Shown: positions 35,942-46,726, numbered from the stretch's first letter. The stretch is 64,000 nucleotides of DNA from a virus (IMGVR_UViG_3300050821_003228:33818-97817); one strand, 5' to 3'. Made by a program: numbers and translations. The notes: generated by a model from the letters alone, not told the origin.

Positions 35942-36400
35942 TCATTGATTTGCCCGCTTCAACCATCCGGTAAGGAATTTACCTAATTTTGGATTCTTTT
36001 GTACTAACTCTTGGTAATAGATACAAAGTGATTCTCGATAGTGAATTAACAACATGCCCGGATCATACTGATTTATAGCCTTCTCTGTCATTGGACCATA
36101 TTGACCGTCCTGTGTAACGTTAACGAGCCTCTGCATCAATCTAATCGCTGCCGCGCCCATGTTTACGAAGGCATCAAATAGCTTAGTCGCTATATCTTGA
36201 TCATTGATACCATCGAATTTCCAGAAGTCTCGGTGATAAATCTCAGTCGCTCCCTCAACTGTCAGGTTTCTTATATCAATATTGGGGTAACTTCTTTGGC
36301 TAATGCCAAAATTCGTAAGACCTCCGGGGTCTGAATAATCATCAACCAGACCACCTTCGTTAGCTAATACAGTTTTAATTGCTATTGAAAAATCAGCCAT
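35942..36400 (-). CDS. Endolysin, glycoside hydrolase family 108
   Basis: EGG.VD...DPGG.TNFGI, DG..GP.T and F..GW..R motifs. Confidence 0.9.
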   Translation of the reverse strand: MADFSIAIKTVLANEGGLVDDYSDPGGLTNFGISQRSYPNIDIRNLTVEGATEIYHRDFWKFDGINDQDIATKLFDAFVNMGAAAIRLMQRLVNVTQDGQYGPMTEKAINQYDPGMLLIHYRESLCIYYQELVQKNPKLGKFLTGWLKRANQ

Positions 36401-36753
36401 TAGTGCCCCGGTTGTAAAGGTAGTCCAACGTCTTTAACGTGGTTATTGATCTTCTGGGCCAATTCAAATGCTCGATGGACAGCCGCTTGTGGTGTAAATT
36501 CTCCACTAGAATAGATGACAGCCGCCGCCTGTAACAATTCCTGTCTTGTAAAATATTCTAACATGTTAATCCTTTACAACGAGATAGGTATTATCAACAC
36601 GAATAGCGTGTACTAAATTACGCGATTTTACTCCCCCAAAAAATCCTTTTACATGCTCATAAAATCGAGCTAATGTCAATCCAATATCAAAACTATCGGC
36701 CACAACAGTCATTATCTCGGTCTTAATGCCTAAATCCATTAACCTTATAAATT

Positions 36754-37476
36754 TTATAACGATTCATCTTTTCCTCCAAATTGGACTACAACAGCGGTGA
36801 CATTATCAAATGAATTCTTATATTTCTCAATCAACTCTTCAGCCGTTGTATGCTTCGTCAATAGAAATGGCGCGGTTTGGTGGGCCGGGTCTGTCAATCC
36901 GTCCGAAGCTACTAGGAGTGAAGTCACATTCTCTCTCATAAATAAAACGACTTCCGGTTCCTGTGAAGTTACTCCACGCAATTCGACATCGCCTAACACC
37001 CGAGACATCTGAATGCCTTTGTTATAATCACCATACGTTTTAAAAAGATAACCGTTAACGATTACCCCGCCCCGAGACTGTACTTCTAACGCTTCACAAT
37101 AATTGCTGCGAACGTTATGCTCTGGTAATACGACTTCTTCCCCACCTTTATAAAGTATCTGGATGGGCGAATCACCGAGGACACCAGTAACAACGACTTC
37201 AGGCGTGATCAATACGAGTGATGCTGTGCTTCCGCCTTTAAAATCTTTTGTTTCGGTATCGAGAACACTGAAGATCGTATTGACAAGATCAATCGGTTTT
37301 CTGTTTATATAACGAAGAAATGTTGCTGCTAGAATATTATAGCATTTCTCTGAGACTTCTGCGCCCGAATGCCCATCAAAAACGCCGATCAACGTTAGTT
37401 CGCCCTGTTTCACTACGAGATAACGATCTTCTTGATAAGGTCTTTGGCCTATCGCTGTTCCATGCGTTATTTTCAA
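36754..37476 (-). CDS. PP2C-family Ser/Thr phosphatase
   Basis: RPYQEDR, VFDGH.G, GSTA, GDS, SR.LGD, ASDGL, DNVT. Confidence 0.9.
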   Translation of the reverse strand: MKITHGTAIGQRPYQEDRYLVVKQGELTLIGVFDGHSGAEVSEKCYNILAATFLRYINRKPIDLVNTIFSVLDTETKDFKGGSTASLVLITPEVVVTGVLGDSPIQILYKGGEEVVLPEHNVRSNYCEALEVQSRGGVIVNGYLFKTYGDYNKGIQMSRVLGDVELRGVTSQEPEVVLFMRENVTSLLVASDGLTDPAHQTAPFLLTKHTTAEELIEKYKNSFDNVTAVVVQFGGKDESL

Positions 37477-37796
37477 TTTTTCTCTCCTAAAAAACTAGTA
37501 ACTAATGCGGTCAATTTTCTATCGCAACTTGAACAAAGGTAATAATAAGTATTAGGAAGAAACCATCCCCTATTAATAGAAACTTTTGTAGACGGATAAG
37601 GCGGGGTTTCATTTCCACAACGATCACAATAATGTTTAGTCATTTTTAACCACCCTTACCTTACATCCTTTTCCGCACGTCATACAGTGCCATTTCCCGA
37701 GAGTGCTTTGACTAAATTTTCGTTCCTTTCGATCTGATTGAGAACGAGTACATGCATTTTTCTTGGCCTGAGTATTGCAGCAAATTGAAATATAAA

Positions 37797-38414
37797 TCAT
37801 TTCCGCCCTTTTGTCAACTCAAAATGTCGATCTAAATATCTTTCTCTTGCTTCTTCCGGTGCCCAAGGTATGATCTTTTCTTTAAACGGTTGCCCGAAAT
37901 CGTCAGACCATTCACACTTTTGTTGAAATAAGTCCCTTGCTTCAGTGACTAACATTCTAGAATCGGCTAACTTGACACTCTCAGGTTCGGGCCGAAGATT
38001 GAATTTCTTTTCAATCGCTTTCATCGTTAATCTTTCATACATTCGATAGACTTCCATTCCCGGCGCACGTTTCAACGGCCTTGGTATATCAACACAGCCT
38101 AATCCTTCAGAATCGTCATGATGTAACCCTTCTAACGCATCATTAGGATCACAATATTGACTCACAAGGACGGCGTGTTGAGCAATTGAATAAAAAGTCC
38201 TTATCTGGCCCCCGAAACGACAAAGTAACGATAATCCTCTCGCAATATCGTTCAAATCAACGTCTTCTGAAAGCGGCCACATATGGCGGAACTTCTTCCC
38301 AGAGAAAGTTTGAATGTAAGGAATTGATTCACGATCAACGCCTTTCAGCGTTTGCTGAAGTGTTTTATTAGCTAAATCGAACATCAATTCACTTTGCTGC
38401 TTAGTATAATTCAT
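37797..38414 (-). CDS. HD-domain phosphohydrolase (YfbR/5'-deoxynucleotidase-like)
   Basis: DIA..LS..CRFGG....YS.AQH, LHHD..E...DIP.PLK, VK.AD. Confidence 0.85.
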   Translation of the reverse strand: MNYTKQQSELMFDLANKTLQQTLKGVDRESIPYIQTFSGKKFRHMWPLSEDVDLNDIARGLSLLCRFGGQIRTFYSIAQHAVLVSQYCDPNDALEGLHHDDSEGLGCVDIPRPLKRAPGMEVYRMYERLTMKAIEKKFNLRPEPESVKLADSRMLVTEARDLFQQKCEWSDDFGQPFKEKIIPWAPEEARERYLDRHFELTKGRK

Positions 38415-38950
38415 TTCATTCGTGATTCTTGTATTTTTCTTAATCCTTCCGAAAGCATCATAAACTCATTATACGTGAACTTATTACTTTTTGTCAAATT
38501 ACATTGTGTGCAACAAATAACGCAATTTTCTTTAGTATATCCTAAGTTATTATCTTTTCTATCAATATTATAAGAATGCGTAACATTATCTTTTAAATAT
38601 TTGTTTATAATCACTTTATCGCCACAATAATGACATTCCGGCGTTTTAATTAATTCTAAATATTCTTCAAATGTTAAAGATGAAAATTCTTTACGTTTAC
38701 TGGCGTTTAACATTAATCTATTATAACGGGATTCATAGGGCCGTCTCTTACATAAACAACCACAACTTTTAGTGTGAGCACTGACTAATCCCCTCGCCTG
38801 AATTAATTTACTTGTTCCACAATCACAAAGACATTTTAATATAGCAGATCGTCCTTTACCTATTATATTCTCAATCTCTTTTGTTCTGGGAATCCGCTCA
38901 ATTACTAAAAGTTTTCCAAAACGTTGTCCAATAAGTTTATGTTCGAGCAT
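38411..38950 (-). CDS. HNH-type homing endonuclease
   Basis: L.GQRFGKL.V, C.CDCG, SCGC, CHYCG, IDR.DN..GY..EN. Confidence 0.85.
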   Translation of the reverse strand: MLEHKLIGQRFGKLLVIERIPRTKEIENIIGKGRSAILKCLCDCGTSKLIQARGLVSAHTKSCGCLCKRRPYESRYNRLMLNASKRKEFSSLTFEEYLELIKTPECHYCGDKVIINKYLKDNVTHSYNIDRKDNNLGYTKENCVICCTQCNLTKSNKFTYNEFMMLSEGLRKIQESRMK

Positions 38951-39992
38951 TTAATAGCTCTTTTATTTTATCAAAGGGCACGTCATCCTTTCGGTATGAT
39001 TCACCGTTTAGTTTAAACCAGCCGCCCACCTTTTCAATGACTCCTAAGGAAGCGGCATAATCAACTAAATCGGCATGTTTATCAAACCCTTTGCCATAAT
39101 ATAAATTTAACAATGTTTCCCTAAAGGGGTTAGCAACTTTATTTTTTATACCTTTAATACGTATTACATGTCCAACAACTACATTTTCTTCTTTAATTAG
39201 CTCAGTTTTACGAATATCTAGCCGTAAGCTTGCATAAAACTTTAAAGCACGGCCCCCCGTCGTTGTTTCATTTGATCCATATGTCACGCCAATTTTTTCT
39301 CGTATTTGATTAATAAAAATTAAAGTAACTTGATTAAGATTACATTTACCTCGTAATTTTCGCATTGATTGGCTGAGAAGTCGCGCCTGCAGCCCCATGT
39401 GGCTTTCTCCGAAATCTCCCTCTAACTCAGCCCTCGGGACTAAAGCAGCAACTGAATCAATAACAATTAAACTAACGGCCCCTGAATCCACTAATGCTTC
39501 AACAATACTTAACGCTTCTTCACCACTATTCGGTTGTGAAACAACAAGATTATCAATGTCAACGCCCAATTGTTGGGCATAATTAATATCGACCGCATGT
39601 TCTGCATCTATGAACGCGCAAATATTTTTTCTTTTCTGTTCTTCTGCAATTACATGCAATGTAAAGGTTGTCTTTCCTGAAGATTCCGGCCCTATTACCT
39701 CAATTATTCGTCCTTTTGGTATACCACCTATACCGGCAACATTATAATCAAAACTATATAATCCTGTAGAAATTGAAGGCATTACAATGCCAACTTTATC
39801 ACCTAATCTCATCATAGATGCTTCATTATCAAACTGCTTATTAAATTGCTTTTCAATAGATTTAAGTGTTTTCCACTTTTCTTCTAATGTCTTAGGTAAC
39901 TGTTTCGTTGTTTCCACTATTGGCGCTTGCCATTTCCCCACTGATGTCGTCTGTTCCTGTACTACTTCCTTCAACTGCTCTAATACCTTCAT
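38937..39992 (-). CDS. recA: RecA recombinase
   Basis: GPESSGKTT, FIDAEHA, IDSVAALVP.AE, GLQARL.SQ, FINQIR, TTGG.ALKFYAS.R. Confidence 0.97.
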   Translation of the reverse strand: MKVLEQLKEVVQEQTTSVGKWQAPIVETTKQLPKTLEEKWKTLKSIEKQFNKQFDNEASMMRLGDKVGIVMPSISTGLYSFDYNVAGIGGIPKGRIIEVIGPESSGKTTFTLHVIAEEQKRKNICAFIDAEHAVDINYAQQLGVDIDNLVVSQPNSGEEALSIVEALVDSGAVSLIVIDSVAALVPRAELEGDFGESHMGLQARLLSQSMRKLRGKCNLNQVTLIFINQIREKIGVTYGSNETTTGGRALKFYASLRLDIRKTELIKEENVVVGHVIRIKGIKNKVANPFRETLLNLYYGKGFDKHADLVDYAASLGVIEKVGGWFKLNGESYRKDDVPFDKIKELLNART

Positions 39993-40311
39993 TCTCCCTC
40001 AATCGTTTTTGTATCTCGTTCATGAAGCGAAGATACCACTTCGTAAATCTCTTGCCTTTCACTTTAATCAGTACTTCTACACCCTCTTTTTGGAATACTT
40101 CATCAGCTATAGCCGCAATCTGTCCCTGAGTAAAAAAGAATGCTGCCCAACAATGCCCGCACCCTGTTCGTGGTTCATCAGTCGGATGAAATTTATGACC
40201 ACATGCGCTTACTTGATCATGTCTCTGAGTAAAGAAAGTGCCCATCGCCCTCTTATATTCGGCCCGAGACATCGGCTTTTGCGGTTCCGTCAATGCTTTA
40301 GTTACTTTCAT
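39892..40311 (-). CDS. Hypothetical Zn-finger protein
   Basis: CGH...C.HC motif; in operon. Confidence 0.5.
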   Translation of the reverse strand: MKVTKALTEPQKPMSRAEYKRAMGTFFTQRHDQVSACGHKFHPTDEPRTGCGHCWAAFFFTQGQIAAIADEVFQKEGVEVLIKVKGKRFTKWYLRFMNEIQKRLRENEGIRAVEGSSTGTDDISGEMASANSGNNETVT

Positions 40312-40465
40312 TTTTAATTAAATAACGCTCCGATGGGGTTAGTTGGGCCGCACTCAGGCCGTATTTCATTCTCAGCATGTGCTTTTCTTTCGCTGGTATA
40401 GGATGTTCTATTAAATCGCCTACTTCTTCATTAAATTGCGCTGTAACTGCTTCGACCAATTCCAT

Positions 40466-40843
40466 TTATTTCTTTCTCATTACTCTGAAATATTTGTTGA
40501 CAGGTACTATATTCCGTCGCCTCAATTCAAATCCTATTTCATTTTCTAGATGTGACTGCTGCTCTCTATTCAATTCCTCTATACCTAGTATATAATGATT
40601 GAAGAACTTTTGCAAGAGCGCCCGATCCATAAACTGTTTCAGTATATTATCTACATCACAACAGAAATCGGCCCGACATGGCGTAGCCGGATTTCTTGTA
40701 GGACTTGTGCCGCCCGTATAAACTGTTACATTCCGAAGATTATTACTTTTAAACCGTACATACGCCCCCGGATCATTTACATCACCAAATACTTCTAAAA
40801 ACGCCAACTTGTTAAAGTGGGTTTTCAACGACCAACGTTTCAC
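40466..40843 (-). CDS. Hypothetical protein
   Basis: Overlapping start/stop coupling with neighbours. Confidence 0.5.
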   Translation of the reverse strand: MKRWSLKTHFNKLAFLEVFGDVNDPGAYVRFKSNNLRNVTVYTGGTSPTRNPATPCRADFCCDVDNILKQFMDRALLQKFFNHYILGIEELNREQQSHLENEIGFELRRRNIVPVNKYFRVMRKK

Positions 40844-41202
40844 TTTTTCCTTTTTACAGGTGCCATCAATACTCCTCTAGTTTTTAGAATAGCTGCCCAT
40901 TTGTTCATATACGCGGCAAGCTTATTGGGATCAATTCCTTGTTTTTCCATATAACCAACCACGAATTTATTACATAAATAACATAACACGCCGCGAGTAC
41001 AGCGGCCACAGAATGTTGTTTTCTTGTCTTTACCTTTTGTTGGACAACAACCATGAAAATGATCTTGAAATGCCCGAAACTGTGGAAATTTCCGGCCACA
41101 GATTGCACACCCGCCGCCCTGTTCTTTCACTTGAAAATCAAACACTACTTTTGTTGTCTTATAAATTTTGCGTAATCTTAAATCTTGTGCTTTCGTACTC
41201 AA
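40840..41202 (-). CDS. Endonuclease VII-like Holliday junction resolvase
   Basis: Q.G.CAIC, DH.H, RG.LC..CN. Confidence 0.8.
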   Translation of the reverse strand: MSTKAQDLRLRKIYKTTKVVFDFQVKEQGGGCAICGRKFPQFRAFQDHFHGCCPTKGKDKKTTFCGRCTRGVLCYLCNKFVVGYMEKQGIDPNKLAAYMNKWAAILKTRGVLMAPVKRKK

Positions 41203-41669
41203 ATTAGTCCTAAATCTATTATAACATACTCACCATCTGCGTTACAAGCTACATTTGAACTATGCATATCGCCCGAATCGCCATTTATATCAAATAACAT
41301 GTTTCCTATAAAATCGGATACTATCCGGCCTTCGTTGTATTTCAACATTCTATATTTAGGCATCAAAATTATACCTTGTTTGTTAGCATAATAAACCTCT
41401 GGAAGATAGCGCCGAAGTAATTTGTATTTCTTATCTTTTTTTATTTTGTTAATTTTAGCTATTTCGATCAATGAATGCTCGACATTTTCATCCCAACTTA
41501 TAGACATTGGAATTTTAACAATTAAAGGTAATTTATTAATTTGATAAGTATTACGGAACACGCCTGAACCGATAGGATGAAGCGATAAACCAATATCAAG
41601 AATTTCATCAAGATTGGCCGGTTTGTGTTCTTTAAATAAAGCAATGACCTGATCTACATCAAGCTTCAT
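41199..41669 (-). CDS. Minimal protein-kinase-fold protein
   Basis: IGSG.FR..Y Gly loop, IVKIP, catalytic GDMH..NV, IIDLG (DFG-like). Confidence 0.7.
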   Translation of the reverse strand: MKLDVDQVIALFKEHKPANLDEILDIGLSLHPIGSGVFRNTYQINKLPLIVKIPMSISWDENVEHSLIEIAKINKIKKDKKYKLLRRYLPEVYYANKQGIILMPKYRMLKYNEGRIVSDFIGNMLFDINGDSGDMHSSNVACNADGEYVIIDLGLI

Positions 41670-43567
41670 ACAGTAATATTACCAATAACCCTTTCTGCTT
41701 CTTTAATAACATTCAACTCTCTTAGCGTGCTCGTTGCTCCATCGAACTCTAGTTTGACGCTGCCCCCGCCCGAATAACGAGTCAGCCCGATGTTAAAGTG
41801 TGTAATAGGATCAAAAGATTCGGCCCGTTCAGCGTAATCAGCAATATCTTTTTCCTTCAAATCGGCATCAAATGACTTTCGATGAATAGCAATCATAACA
41901 TCGCAATCCTTTGCTATTTGGCTTGCCCCATCTACATTATTCGTAGTAACGACCTTACCATCATAAAGACGGTGCGGCTGAAGAATACGAATCATTTTAA
42001 TCCCGTAGTCCTTCGCTATCTGACTCAAAACCTTACTGATCTGAGAAAGATGAATCGTTCGATTTTGATTAACTAAAGTTGTATCACATAATCTCTGAAT
42101 GTTGTCTATCATTACCCATTTTACACCATAACGACGAATACAATCTTTAATCAACTTATAAATATCATCAACTGTTTTATAGTGTGGATAACAGAAATAA
42201 AGCGTGCCGGGACGGTTTGCAGCTAATTGCCGTGCCCTTGGTATCGCTTTCTTAAACTGTTCTAACTGGAAACGATCAGATTTATCATCAGTCGGTATTA
42301 AATCTGGTACTCCAGTGACATGACTAACCCATTTCTTACTAAAGCGAAGAACTGTCATTTCAAGACAAATGATGACCGCGCTTTCTTCATATTTATTAAC
42401 GGCATATTCCAGCATGTTCATGCCAATTGTCGATTTGCCTATCTTCTCTGGCGCGACTAAATCTATAATATCTCCGTCTTCAAAGCCGACATACTTATTA
42501 ACAGATTCCCATGGTGTTCCGTACTTTGGACGCACCGAAGTCTTGCCTTTAAACATATCTTCTAATTCATCTAACGCGCCTTCTGTACTTGATACACCTT
42601 GGACATCAAATAATTGAGCATCTTGTTTTAGCTGCTCAAAATTTTCAAGATTTCCGTTTCCACTGACAAACCATTCGTTAAGGTCTTTACCCGGCTTTGT
42701 ACTTCCGTCAGAACTGCCGGATACGGGCACGGTAAAATTAGGCAATACGATCTTATAGCATTTTTCGATGCCAATCTTTGATGCAAGCGTTTGCGCCGAT
42801 TTTTGGCCGACTTTATCTGTGTCATAGCAAATATATATTTTCTCTGGCGCGATTCTATCAATTAATTCGATCCATAAAGACTTCTGAACATTCGCGCCCG
42901 GTACACCAACGATGTTATAAATACCATGATCCATCGCAGCTATGCAGTTAGCTTCACCCTCGACCATAATCAACTCGGTCAGCCCTTCATGCAATATTTC
43001 TCCGTTATAAAGCGGAGCATCCCAACCCTTCGGGCTACTAAACGCCTTTTCTGCCGGGGGTAATGTCCTGTAATGAACATAAATCGGCTTACCTTGTACT
43101 AAGTACGGATAAACTAGTGCTCTGACTTCATTCGTTTCTTTGAAGTACCTTCGAGTCAGCCCGAGTTTTTGTTTCTCTATAATCTCTCTACTGAACCCGC
43201 GCTCGTTAATCAAATAATCAAGAACATCAATATCTTCTAATAAAGCCTGATGTAATACGTCTATATCAGGCAATTGTTCTTGTTCACGTTCGCCCGGCCT
43301 GCTCCAATTTGAGGGAGACATAACTCCCGGTACTTCTAGTCCAAGATGTTCTCTAAGTCTTCGCCCATTGCCTGAAACCCCGCATTTATGACAAATAAAT
43401 AGATTATCACGATTAGTTCCATCAGCAATGACGTAAAAATGCCCGTAGCCCGATTTCTTACAAAAAGGGCAGGTTTCTAATTCTAATTTATCGCCGTTTT
43501 CCTTATAATTCCATCCTTGTGACTTAACTAACTGTAATGCTTTACTATTCTCGGCAATCTCTAACAT
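41666..43567 (-). CDS. Primase-helicase (T7 gp4/Twinkle-like)
   Basis: Zn finger CPFC..CHKC, TOPRIM VEGE..D.D..G, KDLNE, SF4 helicase APEKIGKS and IDN. Confidence 0.9.
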   Translation of the reverse strand: MLEIAENSKALQLVKSQGWNYKENGDKLELETCPFCKKSGYGHFYVIADGTNRDNLFICHKCGVSGNGRRLREHLGLEVPGVMSPSNWSRPGEREQEQLPDIDVLHQALLEDIDVLDYLINERGFSREIIEKQKLGLTRRYFKETNEVRALVYPYLVQGKPIYVHYRTLPPAEKAFSSPKGWDAPLYNGEILHEGLTELIMVEGEANCIAAMDHGIYNIVGVPGANVQKSLWIELIDRIAPEKIYICYDTDKVGQKSAQTLASKIGIEKCYKIVLPNFTVPVSGSSDGSTKPGKDLNEWFVSGNGNLENFEQLKQDAQLFDVQGVSSTEGALDELEDMFKGKTSVRPKYGTPWESVNKYVGFEDGDIIDLVAPEKIGKSTIGMNMLEYAVNKYEESAVIICLEMTVLRFSKKWVSHVTGVPDLIPTDDKSDRFQLEQFKKAIPRARQLAANRPGTLYFCYPHYKTVDDIYKLIKDCIRRYGVKWVMIDNIQRLCDTTLVNQNRTIHLSQISKVLSQIAKDYGIKMIRILQPHRLYDGKVVTTNNVDGASQIAKDCDVMIAIHRKSFDADLKEKDIADYAERAESFDPITHFNIGLTRYSGGGSVKLEFDGATSTLRELNVIKEAERVIGNITV

Positions 43568-43578
43568 ACTTAATTATA

Positions 43579-43933
43579 TCATTCTCGATAGATGAAGTCA
43601 AAAGCTTCTTGTGTTAGATAGCCTAAATGATATGCCACAACTTCGTCATCAAACTCAGCACCTACCCGGTCACATATTTTACGGGCACAGTGCCAACATT
43701 CATGGGCTATAGTACCAACCTTACATTTTATCAGGGAATACTAAATAGGATATGCCAACAGCACCGATCCAAATGTGCATTGCCTCACATTCATCAGCTT
43801 TATGTGGTATATCGTATAATTTAAAAATCTTTTTGATTGACCGTTGCAGATCGTTACTAACTATAATTCTTACTGAATAATCAGCAAAAACAGGGAATTT
43901 TATTACTTTTGAGCGTTCTTTAAATTTTTTCAT
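43579..43933 (-). pseudogene. HExxH metalloprotease-like gene, frameshifted near 43727
   Basis: ORF 43721-43933 continues in the next frame as KCKVGTIAHECWH...DEVVAY.LGYL to a stop at 43579; one extra A in an AAAA run. Confidence 0.6.
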
Positions 43934-44289
43934 GTTTGCGGCGTAATGATGACATAATCAACGCCAACTTTCTTTAATCCGATCAATTCTGCGGCCCGCT
44001 CTGATAAGTCAATTGTTCGGCCCTTGATCCACGGACCACGATCATTAACTCTAACAGTTACAGATAACCTTGTTCGTGGATAATATACAGTCAATATAGT
44101 GTTTTTAGGATAAAATTGGGATGCACAGGTCAATTCTTTAGGATTAAATGCTTCTCCGTAGGCCGTTTTCTTACCAGCAAATCTAATTCCGTAAAATGAT
44201 GCTAACCCGCGAGTTATTGGCAATTTAGTTAACATAGCGCCCATAGTTAATGTTAACATCATTATTATAACAATTGTTAACTTAATCAT
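43930..44289 (-). CDS. RlpA-like DPBB lytic transglycosylase
   Basis: G.ASFYG..F.G.KTA.GE.F....LT.A, V.VRVNDRGP...R.IDLS..AA..IG. Confidence 0.9.
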   Translation of the reverse strand: MIKLTIVIIMMLTLTMGAMLTKLPITRGLASFYGIRFAGKKTAYGEAFNPKELTCASQFYPKNTILTVYYPRTRLSVTVRVNDRGPWIKGRTIDLSERAAELIGLKKVGVDYVIITPQT

Positions 44290-44642
44290 CAGGCATTATT
44301 CCTTGAAATTCATTCAATACAGTTCCGCAGCGGACTTTACTCCACAATTCTTTCCTGTTAATCCAAAGAAGACGATCTAATACTTTGAAGGCCGTTTCTA
44401 TGTCGGGCCGGGTTCCCTTATAATTCTTCTCATTCAATCGAGCACCTAATGCCCAATTGCCCGATTCTGGCTTCAATTCTAGGAAATCGCCGTCTGGGAG
44501 GAGCACTTGGAATCCGGCCCCCATTCGTTCCCAAGTATACCCATCCCGAACTTCGGGCCGCCCTTTTTTTGGTACTGCTACGGCCTTACCCTCGATAATA
44601 TTGTTGTTCCAAGCATTGTGCTTTTAATTTTTGCGTTCTCGA

Positions 44643-45278
44643 TCATATTGTAACCTCAAATGGATTATATACCACTTTATAAGATTCATCAACAACGGTT
44701 GAATTATAGAATTTAGTACCATTCAACTCATATTCACCGCGCCCACCATGTAAATGTCCAAATGTATGAATCTTAGGTTTAACTTCTAACACTCTAGTCA
44801 GAAGATCATCACACCCGGCTGAAATACCATCTTGAATTCGATCTAAAATCTTATGGGGCGGGCCGTGCGTAATAAGTACATCAGTATCGCCCGGTATGGC
44901 ATCCCAAAAACGCTTAATTTTCAGTCCACGGTCAACGTTAAACGCCCAATCAGAAAACCACGGAGTCATTGGTGAACCGTAGAATTTTAGTCCTTGTATC
45001 GTTACAGCACTATTCTGAAGATAATAAACACCGGCCTCAAGCATCATGTCTCTTGCTTTCTTCTGGCGATGATCTTCAAAGCAAAAATCATGGTTTCCGG
45101 CGATAGTCACGATTTGCTGATAACGATCAGTTTGTTTCTTGAACCAATCGGCCACTTTAGCCAATTCATCTAATGAACCAGACATAGTAAGGTCGCCACT
45201 ATGAATCAAAATATCACCTTCCGGCAGGTTGACCTTATCGTGTTGTCCGTGCGTGTCTGAAATTAGTATTAGTCGCAT
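44643..45278 (-). CDS. Calcineurin-like metallophosphoesterase
   Basis: SDTH, GD, GNHD, THGPP, FGHLH. Confidence 0.9.
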   Translation of the reverse strand: MRLILISDTHGQHDKVNLPEGDILIHSGDLTMSGSLDELAKVADWFKKQTDRYQQIVTIAGNHDFCFEDHRQKKARDMMLEAGVYYLQNSAVTIQGLKFYGSPMTPWFSDWAFNVDRGLKIKRFWDAIPGDTDVLITHGPPHKILDRIQDGISAGCDDLLTRVLEVKPKIHTFGHLHGGRGEYELNGTKFYNSTVVDESYKVVYNPFEVTI

Positions 45279-45709
45279 AGATATTTACCAATTTATTGTG
45301 TAGAATGCAGTATAAGTAGTACATTCATATTCACTTCCGTTAGTTTCCGAATATGAATAATGCTCTTGTGGATTAACGCTCTCCTCAATAATATAACCGG
45401 ACCTTCTATATTCATCAAGAATTTTAGTAACTTCTTTAATGTAAGGATGAAATTTAAAGGCTTTTTCTGCCTCTGTTCGATAATCATAGCCGGGTTGTAA
45501 ATCTTTAGTACAATAGGTCTTTCCGGCTTTAACTGCATCTGCTATCTCAGAGTCTAAGTATGATTTAAACCAAAATAAGTAATCTTTTTTATCTTTCTTT
45601 GCTTTTTCGATAGCTTCTAAAGCTTTATTTTTCTCTCTTTCTTCTCTTGCCTTATTTCTATCGTCTACAACTTTCTGGGCCGTTAATCGCGCCGCTTTAG
45701 CGTTCATAA

Positions 45710-45970
45710 TCATGGCTTCCAACTCCCTCTTGGAACGAACTTCACATCAACATTACGATTATACACCTTTATAACAATTAAATCAAGGTCTTTGTGATGA
45801 ACCGCATTATGGCAGGTGATACAAAGGCATAAAAGATTGTTCAAAACGTCTTTACCGCCCCGGCCCTTAAACTTTATGTGGTGGGGCGTTAATCCGGCCC
45901 GATTATGACAATAACGACATTTCCAGTCATCACGAATATAAACTTTTAAAGCGAGACTTTTAGAAATCAC
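45710..45970 (-). CDS. Small HNH endonuclease
   Basis: RD.W.CRYC.....HHI...GG.D..NNL..LC..CH..H. Confidence 0.8.
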   Translation of the reverse strand: MISKSLALKVYIRDDWKCRYCHNRAGLTPHHIKFKGRGGKDVLNNLLCLCITCHNAVHHKDLDLIVIKVYNRNVDVKFVPRGSWKP

Positions 45971-46424
45971 CGGGCGGCTCTAATTCATCTTCTAAATCTT
46001 CTGCTCTCCTATGCTCTAAAATTAGAGCTTCTCGCAGTATAGTAATTACTTCATCTTTCTCAGCAATAATCTCTTGCATCGTAGTTCCTGTATTCGGTTG
46101 TAGCTGGACTGCACGGTCGTCCCATAGTTCGTACATGTGAAAGTCTTTTTCTGCTGTAATTGGTAGAATCTGGCCGATATACTTCAGACACCACTCTTGT
46201 ATCAATCCTTGTTGTAATTTATGCTGATCAGGAAATTCATTCGCGCCGTTTTTATAAACTCGGGCAGTCATGATCTTAACATTCTTTCCTTCTTTTAACC
46301 ATTGCTTCACACGATTGACCATCTTCGGTATCGGCGCACCAATTGAACCATCATTTCGCCAACCATCGTAGATAGCGAGCGAACCGTCTAAATCAACTCC
46401 AATCCAACCTTTATCATGGGACAT
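45960..46424 (-). CDS. HAD-superfamily phosphatase (polynucleotide phosphatase-like)
   Basis: IGVDLDG.LA, I.TAR, K..., DDRA. Confidence 0.75.
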   Translation of the reverse strand: MSHDKGWIGVDLDGSLAIYDGWRNDGSIGAPIPKMVNRVKQWLKEGKNVKIMTARVYKNGANEFPDQHKLQQGLIQEWCLKYIGQILPITAEKDFHMYELWDDRAVQLQPNTGTTMQEIIAEKDEVITILREALILEHRRAEDLEDELEPPGDF

Positions 46425-46726
46425 AAACTGCTACCTCCGGTAATCTCTCAGTTCCTTCTGTATACGTTAACTTTCTCTCAACCGTGTAATAATAAGTCTT
46501 TTCAGTTTCGGGCGGATTATCAACAAATTTGGCATCTTGAAGATGTTCGGTTTATGACTTCATAATACCCGCCCCTCGTAGTTGATCTTAATACTGTGTC
46601 ATAAGAATTACTATCCCATTCAAGATAGACTTGATGATTGCTGACGTTCGCCCGAATTGAAGAGGCAAACGCGGTTAGAACGGCCAAGACTGTTATAAAA
46701 CTGTAAAGTGTTACAAAAAATTTCAC
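46414..46726 (-). pseudogene. Secreted fibronectin-III-like protein, frameshifted near 46552
   Basis: Signal peptide plus V.L.W...V.RST..GG.Y; continues in the next frame as EHLQDAKFVDNPPETEKTYYYTV to a stop at 46414. Confidence 0.55.
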
